DNA of 32,370 bases from Candidatus Micrarchaeota archaeon (GTDB taxonomy: Archaea; B1Sed10-29; WALL01; WAMD01), in contig CAZZDL010000007.1 in assembly GCA_964652335.1 (NCBI GenBank), forward strand, positions 1 to 32,370. Direction: 5' to 3'. The translations under genes and the position numbers were made by a program. The notes under the pieces are model-generated. The model was not told where the DNA came from, ran no database searches, and was given only the letters and a program-made list of their open reading frames with translations. Shown in pieces: positions 10,567 to 17,838 of the stretch (within the stretch, counting starts at the first letter, position 1; every line of letters starts with the position of its first letter).

Positions 10567-11572
10567 CTAAGGATTCATCATCGTAGTAAAACTCTGGTGT
10601 CAGCTCTAGATCTCCTGTTATCAATGGTTTGATTTCATCTACAGCCTCTATCCTAACTAGGGAAGAGGTATACCAATCCTCTGGAGTGTGTGTCGCTTTA
10701 ACTGGTAACTTCTTCCATAATGGCCAAGTGTCCCAGAATCCCTCGTCGTATTGATCCTCTGGATAAACATTGAAATCTCTTATTATATCAGTAACAGCAA
10801 ATCCCATGTCTGTTAAATATCTTTCAAACCTTCTCCATTTTGCTAAAGAAGACTCCCTATGTGTAAATCCAAAATATCCAGAACTACCTATGCCCTTCAA
10901 TCCAGATACTGCTCTAGACAAGAAGGCTTTCCATGCTTTATCTGTTTCTGGCGGATCAGTGAAGAACACATCAAACGAGGATTTCCAGTCACTAGGCAAC
11001 TCCTTCCTTGCATCCCAAGTACTAGCGTCTAGGTTGAGACCAAGCTTTTTTGCTTTTTCCCTTTCATAGTTCACTAGTCTCTCATCAATGTCAACCATAA
11101 AAACTCTGCGAGGCATTTCGGTCATCGCTAAAGCCAAACCCACAAGGTCGTCGTCACCAACTACAAATATGTCTGTGTCTTCTAAATCTCCCCTTTCATA
11201 TGCAAAGGCTACTCTACCTATGGTGTCTATTGTCCTAATAAAACCTTGATCAAAGCTCTCCTCTGGGGCTGGTCTATCCTTTATTTCAGCAAGGAATTTA
11301 TCGTATAATTCTTGGAAGAACGTTCCCTTTATGTCTATCCCCTTTCCACCACAGCTAGAGCATCTGATCCTTATCACAGGCTTTAGTGTTGGAGCAGATT
11401 CTGTCAAAGCTAATTTACCATCCTCTCTTTGTTTGATTATTCCCTTTTCTATCATGTTCTTTAAATGATCAAAGTATTCTGCTACGTGTGCGTCCTGATA
11501 GTTCATTAGTTCCCAAACACTCATGGGTTTCCAAGTTAGAGCTCTGACTATCTGTTTTTCTATCCTGTTCAT
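10547..11572 (-). CDS. bpsA: Branched-chain polyamine synthase A (N4-bis(aminopropyl)spermidine synthase)
   Basis: N-terminal wHTH, CSSCGGKG, RP.P...FDQG, VGDDDL, DIDERL, FFTDPPET, GYFGFT and DFNVY. Confidence 0.9.
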   Translation of the reverse strand: MNRIEKQIVRALTWKPMSVWELMNYQDAHVAEYFDHLKNMIEKGIIKQREDGKLALTESAPTLKPVIRIRCSSCGGKGIDIKGTFFQELYDKFLAEIKDRPAPEESFDQGFIRTIDTIGRVAFAYERGDLEDTDIFVVGDDDLVGLALAMTEMPRRVFMVDIDERLVNYEREKAKKLGLNLDASTWDARKELPSDWKSSFDVFFTDPPETDKAWKAFLSRAVSGLKGIGSSGYFGFTHRESSLAKWRRFERYLTDMGFAVTDIIRDFNVYPEDQYDEGFWDTWPLWKKLPVKATHTPEDWYTSSLVRIEAVDEIKPLITGDLELTPEFYYDDESLVTPRVD

Positions 11573-11581
11573 AAAAACACC

Positions 11582-11920
11582 TCATCCTCTTTCCTTGAAA
11601 AAGTGGTCTACCTTTCCTGGGCTAAATTCTCTCTTCAAAACTTCAAACGCCTTCCATGTAGCTTCTTCATCACTGCAGGTGAATATATCTAAAGCTAGGT
11701 AACCATGTTCTGGCCAGGTATGAATAGAAATATGAGACTCCTCCAATAATACAAATCCAGTAACTCCAAACGGCTCAAATTGGTGATACTCCTCTTTCAA
11801 AGGTGTCAATCCACTTTCTTTAACAGCTTTTTGTAGAATCTCTTTCACGGGGTTGACTTTTTTCATCAAGTCTGGGTTCACCTCATAAAACTCAGCAAGT
11901 ATGTGCCATCCGACAGCCAT
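11582..11920 (-). CDS. speD: S-adenosylmethionine decarboxylase proenzyme
   Basis: G.HILAEFY, HQFEPFGVTG and LEESHISIHTWPE (E/S self-cleavage), DIFTC. Directly upstream of bpsA. Confidence 0.93.
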   Translation of the reverse strand: MAVGWHILAEFYEVNPDLMKKVNPVKEILQKAVKESGLTPLKEEYHQFEPFGVTGFVLLEESHISIHTWPEHGYLALDIFTCSDEEATWKAFEVLKREFSPGKVDHFFKERG

Positions 11921-12036
11921 TTTTACCACCTACAACCTCATGGGTATTCCTTACATCACCTCGCCTATGCCTGGATCAATCTATCCAGAATTTAGGCGCG
12001 ATTATATTTTAGATCAGGTATTTTTAAGTGTTTCGG
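11921..12036 (-). promoter_or_regulatory. speD promoter and structured 5' leader with tiny uORFs
   Basis: BRE/TATA CCGAAACAC-TTAAAAA (12036-12021), hairpin 11962-11998, ATG-TAA (11956-11951) and ATG AGG TTG TAG (11941-11930). Confidence 0.6.
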
Positions 12037-12064
12037 TTTGGGTTCCTGCTCTCTCAGAGATATT

Positions 12065-12292
12065 TCATTTGTTTTTCTCCAAAATGTCATCTATTATTCT
12101 AACCAACAACAAAGCAACTGCAGCGTATATGGGATAGTAAAACGGGCTTTTCCAACCCTGGGAAGCAAGGGTCTTGAATGTGTATACCCCATATATCTCG
12201 CCAATGAATATCATGCCGAAAATAAATATGGCGGCAAAGGTCGCTAGATCCTCAACTCCCTCCATTAATTGATGAACCATGTTTTTTATTGA
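12065..12292 (-). CDS. Small hypothetical membrane protein (2 TM)
   Basis: Two hydrophobic segments and a divergent TATA region at ~12317-12325. Start uncertain. Confidence 0.6.
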   Translation of the reverse strand, partial: SIKNMVHQLMEGVEDLATFAAIFIFGMIFIGEIYGVYTFKTLASQGWKSPFYYPIYAAVALLLVRIIDDILEKNK

Positions 12293-12346
12293 CATAACCA
12301 AATTTTAGATGGAATCTTTTTAAATCCTTTCGGATAAAACTAGTGT

Positions 12347-12529
12347 ATGTCACTAGTGAGCTGGGACAATTTCAAGAAGAATTTCAACATCGGTTGGGGG
12401 TTGCTAGCTGTATACCTCATAGCCATGGCTGTCATATTTCTAATAGCGAATCCACAAATGACATTGGGAACTGAAATGTATCTAGCTATCCTAGGTTTGC
12501 TCATTGTAGGTTTAGCATTAGAAGGATGA
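12347..12529 (+). CDS. Small hypothetical membrane protein (2 TM, 60 aa)
   Basis: TTTAAA box 28 nt upstream. Immediately precedes the MFS gene. Confidence 0.6.
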   Translation: MSLVSWDNFKKNFNIGWGLLAVYLIAMAVIFLIANPQMTLGTEMYLAILGLLIVGLALEG

Positions 12530-12535
12530 GAAAAA

Positions 12536-13669
12536 ATGAAAACGAAATATGAAGTTTTTCTCAGCCAATCCTTATTTGGTGTTGCTGTAGCTCTTGCATG
12601 GACGCCTATAATTCCAATGTTAGTGGAGAAATTTGGGATATTTTTGACATTGTCCATACCCGCTATTGCATATTCTTTCTCCGCTTTATCCCTTTATTTC
12701 ACAAGAATCAAAGGTGAAGCTAGAACTATTGCCTTTCTGGGAGCATTTGCTAGGGGGGTATCATTCCTTGCATTATTCCTTGAACCAAAAATCGCTACGA
12801 TTGTAATAGGATTATGTATCGGTCTAGTTATTCTGTTATACTGGCCAACTTCAAATATCCTTTACCAAAGATCCCTATCTATTAAGTCAAGGGGTTTCTT
12901 TTCAAGTTTAGTTTTCGCTAGCTGGGGAATAGCAAGAATGATAGGCCCAGCCCTAGGCAGTTGGATACTAAAGACAATGGGAGTAGCGCCGTTGGCAGTT
13001 ATTGGATTTTTCCTGATGCTCGCTACAGGGATTAGTTTATGGGAAAAGAAAGAAAAAATAACACTTAATGCGAGAAAGAAATGTTTTGACAAAAGTTTGG
13101 AAAGAGTAGTCATGATTGACGGATTTTGGCAAGGGATCCATTTCACTGTTCCTATGATAGTCACGTACTTATACCTAAGAGATTTTGTCAATTTTGGAAT
13201 TACATTCTCTGCCCTTGCAGTTATAAGTATAATGGTGTCTCTGACATTAGGGTATAAGTCAGTAAATCCAAACAGGAGGGAAGCTGTCCTTGCATACAGT
13301 TTTGGCTTGGCAGGCATTACTAGCATTGCCTTGGGATTGTCAAATAACTTTGTCCAATGGATAATGTTCTTGGCAATACTCAGCTCAATAACCCAGATAA
13401 AAGCTCCATTCTTGTTTGCGCTGGTAGCAGATAAAGGAAAAAGTGTTGAGTGTGCGATGGTAAGAAGAGAATTGTTAATGGAAATTGGAAGAATATTTGG
13501 GATAGGAATTAGCATTGCAATATTCCTAGCTGGTGGAAAGATTGAATGGGCATATATACTGTCTGGATTACTGATGTTAATCTACTCTTTCAAGCTAAAG
13601 GGTTACGGTCTCTTCGGTAAGGCCAGAAAGAAAGGAAAAGAAATATTAATGATTGTTCAAAAAATATAG
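12536..13669 (+). CDS. MFS transporter
   Basis: About 12 TM helices, with RG......MIGPALG and EIGRIFG motifs. Confidence 0.8.
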   Translation: MKTKYEVFLSQSLFGVAVALAWTPIIPMLVEKFGIFLTLSIPAIAYSFSALSLYFTRIKGEARTIAFLGAFARGVSFLALFLEPKIATIVIGLCIGLVILLYWPTSNILYQRSLSIKSRGFFSSLVFASWGIARMIGPALGSWILKTMGVAPLAVIGFFLMLATGISLWEKKEKITLNARKKCFDKSLERVVMIDGFWQGIHFTVPMIVTYLYLRDFVNFGITFSALAVISIMVSLTLGYKSVNPNRREAVLAYSFGLAGITSIALGLSNNFVQWIMFLAILSSITQIKAPFLFALVADKGKSVECAMVRRELLMEIGRIFGIGISIAIFLAGGKIEWAYILSGLLMLIYSFKLKGYGLFGKARKKGKEILMIVQKI

Positions 13670-13675
13670 AGTCGT

Positions 13676-13750
13676 GGGCGTGTAGCTCAGCTAGGATAGA
13701 GCGGGGGCCTTCTAAGCCTCAGGTCGAGGGTTCGAATCCCTCCACGCCCG
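13676..13750 (+). tRNA. tRNA-Arg(UCU), intronless, CCA not encoded
   Basis: Acceptor GGGCGTG/CACGCCC, D arm GCTC/GAGC, anticodon arm GGGGC-CTTCTAA-GCCTC, T arm GAGGG-TTCGAAT-CCCTC. Confidence 0.97.
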
Positions 13751-13824
13751 TTATGCTGCCTTGTGCAGCATGGGGGGGTTCTAGTGGTTGCAGGAAGGTA
13801 GAGGAAACCCGCTGGTGGTTTCCC

Positions 13825-13845
13825 TTTCGGATTCATCCACGCCCG
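13825..13845 (+). repeat. 21-bp direct repeat copy 1 (degenerate tRNA-Arg 3' end)
   Basis: TTTCGGATTCATCCACGCCCG, identical to 14014-14034. Its last 20 nt match tRNA 13731-13750 at 17 positions. Confidence 0.9.
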
Positions 13846-14013
13846 TTAGAGGGGTTGCACCCCCTCTACCCCTGCGGACTACGTAAAGTAGGCCTCTAAT
13901 TAGTTGATAGCACCCCAAAGCGCATAAAGGGAAGGGGATGCTTCCAAGGACCTAAGGGTGTCTCACGCTCGCTACAGACGTAGCGAGGAAACCGTAGGTG
14001 TCCCCAAGACGCT

Positions 14014-14034
14014 TTTCGGATTCATCCACGCCCG
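14014..14034 (+). repeat. 21-bp direct repeat copy 2 (degenerate tRNA-Arg 3' end)
   Basis: TTTCGGATTCATCCACGCCCG, identical to 13825-13845. Confidence 0.9.
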
Positions 14035-14103
14035 CTATATGAAATCCGCTGTATCTGTTACATTGACAAAAACTTTAAAAATCACTTTTTCATTACTACA
14101 AGC

Positions 14104-14400
14104 ATGGGACTAGGGAACTTCGGTCAGAAGCTGGTTGCATCGGCTAAGCTTTCTAGCATGGAAAAATACGGTTGGGCTTACATGGACGATTACCTTCTTG
14201 TAAGAGAAAACCTAGCTCCTGAGATATATGTGGAAGAAATAGATGAAGGAGTAGTAAGGATAACACATAACGGAAGGACATTTGAAGTAAAGATAAGAGA
14301 TTGGACAGGCAAGAAAAAACAAAAGCAAAACCAAGTTCAAAAGAAGGTAGAGGGAGAAAGGAAAGGTTGGGTTTCCATCTGGGACGTAACTAAACATTAA
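14104..14400 (+). CDS. Hypothetical protein (98 aa)
   Basis: TTTAAAAA box 30 nt before the ATG. Codon usage resembles neighbouring genes. No family recognised. Confidence 0.65.
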   Translation: MGLGNFGQKLVASAKLSSMEKYGWAYMDDYLLVRENLAPEIYVEEIDEGVVRITHNGRTFEVKIRDWTGKKKQKQNQVQKKVEGERKGWVSIWDVTKH

Positions 14401-16772
14401 GCTTGAGCTATTTCTCCGGTTAACCCATTAACAAACACTTCTCTCTTCTTCCCGTCCATTGCAAGTGTAAACTTGAACACAGGATAGTAAATAACAGATA
14501 AATCATCTATTTTAACTTCTCCATATATTGCCGGAATATCCTCTGCATAACTTCGTTCCATACTAGGCTTTCTTACTTTTCCTTCTGTCAACTCTTGAAG
14601 GATTAAGTAGTTTTCTATCCCTGTGAATGGAAGTGTATCTATGGAAACAGGCAGATGGAAATCCGTGGCCAAATAGTAATATCTTGTCTTGCCAGATTTG
14701 TCATATTTCACTAATCCCTGCTCCACCAACTCCTCTGCAGCTGTCCTGGCTGTAGTATCAGTCACACCTATAGCCGCGGCCAACGCCTTAGCTGAAGCCT
14801 TCTTCCCCTTCTTCAAAGCAATTATCACTCTTCTCTGGTTTTTCCCAAGCTTTGCAAACATGGAAAGGCCCTTTGTCCTGGCAAGCTTCCCTTTGCTCAT
14901 AAAGAGTAACTCTCCACTAATGCCATCCACATAGCATACGCCTGGCTTGTATCCGCCTCCCTTGTACATTTTATAACTAACCTTGTAAATGGGCCAATAC
15001 TCAACCTCTTCTCCTACTATCTGCTCTTCTTTCCCTATCAACCCAAGGAACTTCTTCTTCCTGATAGAATTCACTAGGGACCTAGCAAGGCTTTCGTCCA
15101 CAACTGGCTTAAATGCAATTATCTTGTCTAGCTTTTCAGGTTTCTCCTTTTCTTCTTCATCTCTAATCTCATTTTCTCTCTCCAAGGCTATATACCCATT
15201 CTCAGAAACATAACCATCCTCCAAAAGCCTTGAGACAACAGTAGCTGCATCTATTTTTGTTTTATATCTCTTGTTAACAGTTGAAACTATCTGCTTTAGC
15301 GTAGACTCGTGTATCCTTCTTCTATCTGATATGTACTTCTTCACCATCTTGACCAAGGTTTCAAGCACCTGTTCCTCACTCATTGCCTCCTCTGTATCCA
15401 CACTTCTAGTCTCCCTTCCTTCATGCTGACTAAATCTCGGCCTGACTTTAAGTAGGAACGCTCTAGAAGTCGTGTCGCTTCTGTCACCAACAAGACAATG
15501 ACCAATAGGGATAGTCTTGATGAATCTGGGATTCTTGTATTCTTGGGGGACCTGCGTGGGAATTCTCTTCATGACCGCTTTGACATCATCGTCAAAAACT
15601 AGTTTATGACAAAGAAGGATATCCAACTGGGAAAGCACATGCGTATCTATTGCGCCTGGCTGCTGAGTAGCGAACACTAGACTACATCCTGGCCTCCTCC
15701 CCTGCTTTACGTATTCTGTAAGAGGGTCTGTCGCCGGAGTCTTCTTTCCACCACTGGGAATCAATGTATGTGCTTCGTCTATGAAAAGCCACACCGGTGG
15801 GATATCAGCCTCTAGCTCTTCTAGATCAGTAAACTTCTTCATTGAAACCTTTCTAGCTGCAAGTTTCCTGGCTTGTAAAATCTTTCTAGCAAGTATGCCT
15901 ATAACTAGACTAGAAACATTCTCCTCCAAGAACGAGACGTCTATTACACTAACTTCTCCCTCTCTAGCTAGATCAATCAAAGGTGTTCCTTCATCTGTAA
16001 ATATCCCCCAGCTCTTTGCAGCTTCAAACCTAGACATTAATGCCCTTCTAGAATCTGCCTTGAAACCTTTTTTTGCAGAGCTCAATTCTTCATCCTTTGA
16101 TAAACAGTTTATGATGTCATCTATATTAAATATCTCTTGCTTAGGCTGGATCCTCTTGCCATCAATAGTAGTATAACCTTCTCTAACCTTTGTTAAAACC
16201 TTCTCTAAAAGCAATCCTGTAGGAGAGAATCTATCTATATCAAATGTTAAACACCAATCATCTACAGTAAGATCCGCCGGCCTTATTGCAAAGGTAGAAT
16301 CATAAGTCCCCTTAGGGAGCTTGTTTCTAACACCATATGGAACAAAAACCTTTACATGCTCAACTCCCTTAGGCATGAGGCCCAGCCGAATCAATGCATC
16401 TACTTCAGCCTCGTCCTGATTCGGATATTTCATGGACCAGTATATTCCAATAGGGTCTATGATTATACTAGCAACATTTGGGTTTTTGTTTACCAGCTCC
16501 TCGGCTATGACCCCCAAGGTATAACTCTTTCCAGAACCTCTAGCTCCGACAACAAAAACAACGTGTGGTGCAATCGCGTCTAGATATACATATTTCCCAT
16601 AATTATCTTCTTCTGCAAGAAAACCCAATAACAAAGCCCCGTCTCTACCATACTTATCATGTATCTGCTTTGATCTCCCAATAAAAATACTAGAACCCGC
16701 TTCATCCTCCAAGGCTTTCAGCTCATCATTTACCTTAGCTCTAAACTCCATAGTTTTTGTTTTCTCATGCAC
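14397..16772 (-). CDS. HerA/FtsK-superfamily ATPase (DUF87/DUF853 type) with C-terminal HTH-containing extension
   Basis: HVVFVVGARGSGKS (Walker A), IIDPIG, FIDEAH (Walker B), QGRRPG and ATQQP. Start may be ATG 16769. Confidence 0.88.
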   Translation of the reverse strand: MHEKTKTMEFRAKVNDELKALEDEAGSSIFIGRSKQIHDKYGRDGALLLGFLAEEDNYGKYVYLDAIAPHVVFVVGARGSGKSYTLGVIAEELVNKNPNVASIIIDPIGIYWSMKYPNQDEAEVDALIRLGLMPKGVEHVKVFVPYGVRNKLPKGTYDSTFAIRPADLTVDDWCLTFDIDRFSPTGLLLEKVLTKVREGYTTIDGKRIQPKQEIFNIDDIINCLSKDEELSSAKKGFKADSRRALMSRFEAAKSWGIFTDEGTPLIDLAREGEVSVIDVSFLEENVSSLVIGILARKILQARKLAARKVSMKKFTDLEELEADIPPVWLFIDEAHTLIPSGGKKTPATDPLTEYVKQGRRPGCSLVFATQQPGAIDTHVLSQLDILLCHKLVFDDDVKAVMKRIPTQVPQEYKNPRFIKTIPIGHCLVGDRSDTTSRAFLLKVRPRFSQHEGRETRSVDTEEAMSEEQVLETLVKMVKKYISDRRRIHESTLKQIVSTVNKRYKTKIDAATVVSRLLEDGYVSENGYIALERENEIRDEEEKEKPEKLDKIIAFKPVVDESLARSLVNSIRKKKFLGLIGKEEQIVGEEVEYWPIYKVSYKMYKGGGYKPGVCYVDGISGELLFMSKGKLARTKGLSMFAKLGKNQRRVIIALKKGKKASAKALAAAIGVTDTTARTAAEELVEQGLVKYDKSGKTRYYYLATDFHLPVSIDTLPFTGIENYLILQELTEGKVRKPSMERSYAEDIPAIYGEVKIDDLSVIYYPVFKFTLAMDGKKREVFVNGLTGEIAQA

Positions 16773-16833
16773 ACTATTTATTGGTTTTGATACAGAAAAC
16801 GCAATAAATTTAATTGAAAATTGAGTTAATGAA

Positions 16834-17703
16834 ACGGAGGGGTTTTACATAATAGTTGGAATAGATCCTGGTGAAACTGTTGGGATCGCAATACTAGATT
16901 TTGATGGCAAACTAGTAAAGCTCGTTAGTATAAAGGGAGCAGGAATAGGTAGAGTAGTCAAAGAAATAGAGTCTGTATGCAAACCAACCATAATAGTCTC
17001 TGACAAAGAGAAAACTCCTTCAATGGTGGCAAAAATAGCTGCAAGTTTTGGATCTCGCCTAATATCTCCAAAAGAGGATTTATCAATAGAATGGAAAAAA
17101 GACGTCACGCGTGACTTTCCTGTAAAAAATGCTCATGAAAGAGACGCCTTAGCTGCTGCGATATATGCGTATAAAAGCGTGGAATCAAAAATACGTAAAA
17201 TAAAGGCAGATATACGAAAAAAAGAAAGTGAGATAATTGCAAGAACTCTTTTAGGTGAACCGCTAGCGTCTGTGATAACAGAAAGAGCTGAGAAACCAAA
17301 GGAGATTGAGAATGCAGGAGAAGTAAAGAGGCTTAAGAAAGAGGTGGAAAAGAGCAAGAGACTAATAAGAGAACTAAAATCAAAGCTGAAAGTAAAGCCA
17401 AAAATAGTCCAAGTGAAAGGGATCTCAATAAACGCAAAAAACAGTGCAATGGAAAAGAAACTAGCTAAATTAGAAAGGAGAGTCAAAAGACTGGGAGAGT
17501 TGCTTGAACTTGTTTTGGCTGGAAAGCTAGCATTAGCAGATGAGCCACCACCAGGACACATAGTAATAGAGAAAATCGGGAATGTATACATAACAAAAGA
17601 GAAAGAAGGTGGGAAGAAGAAAGTGGACGAAAAGAAACTAGAAGAGTTAATAGAAGAATATAGGAAGAGGAGGTTAGAAAATAAAGTTTATTACCAAGAC
17701 TAG
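16834..17703 (+). CDS. DUF460 protein (RNase H-like/YqgF fold + coiled coil); start anomalous
   Basis: The frame is open from 16825: YIIVGIDPGETVGIAILDFDG...P.IIVSD...P...V.KIA..F...NAHERDALAAA. No canonical start occurs before 17023. Candidates are ACG 16834 or ATG 16829 plus a -1 shift. Confidence 0.85.
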   Translation, partial: TEGFYIIVGIDPGETVGIAILDFDGKLVKLVSIKGAGIGRVVKEIESVCKPTIIVSDKEKTPSMVAKIAASFGSRLISPKEDLSIEWKKDVTRDFPVKNAHERDALAAAIYAYKSVESKIRKIKADIRKKESEIIARTLLGEPLASVITERAEKPKEIENAGEVKRLKKEVEKSKRLIRELKSKLKVKPKIVQVKGISINAKNSAMEKKLAKLERRVKRLGELLELVLAGKLALADEPPPGHIVIEKIGNVYITKEKEGGKKKVDEKKLEELIEEYRKRRLENKVYYQD

Positions 17704-17829
17704 GATTATCACTAAAAAGGCAAACCCTACAACTACCTCTGGGCCGATTTCTATTCCTCCACCTGAAACATCAAAATACCTAACTAGACCTGCAGCAGAA
17801 ACTGGCCCTCTTGCCTCTTCCTTTGCCAT
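17674..17829 (-). CDS. secG: Preprotein translocase subunit Sec61beta (51 aa; missing from the ORF track)
   Basis: MAKEEARGPVSAAGLVRYFDVSGGGIEIGPEVVVGFAFLVIILVLVINFIF, with the S.AGL.RYF motif and a C-terminal TM. SD AGGTGAG upstream. Confidence 0.9.
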   Translation of the reverse strand: MAKEEARGPVSAAGLVRYFDVSGGGIEIGPEVVVGFAFLVIILVLVINFIF

Positions 17830-17838
17830 ACACTCACC

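Noticed and set aside
12862..13515. Long antisense ORFs (also 9642-10187, 17133-17591, 24776-25225, 29229-29636)
   Set aside because: They are shadows of well-supported genes on the opposite strand and have no recognisable motifs.
13751..14013. RNase P RNA, SRP RNA or HEARO/omega RNA (GAGGAAAC, GGAAGG, GATGCTTCC motifs)
   Set aside because: The partner conserved regions (RNase P CR-V, SRP helix 8) are not recognisable and no IscB/TnpB ORF is adjacent. An Rfam scan would settle it.
13741..14034. CRISPR array
   Set aside because: There are only two exact 21-bp copies, spacers of 74 and 168 bp that are structured, a tRNA-derived repeat and no cas genes.
13751..16772. Intact integrated provirus or plasmid at tRNA-Arg including the HerA-like ATPase
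   Set aside because: No integrase or viral genes are present, and the ATPase lies outside the att-like repeats.
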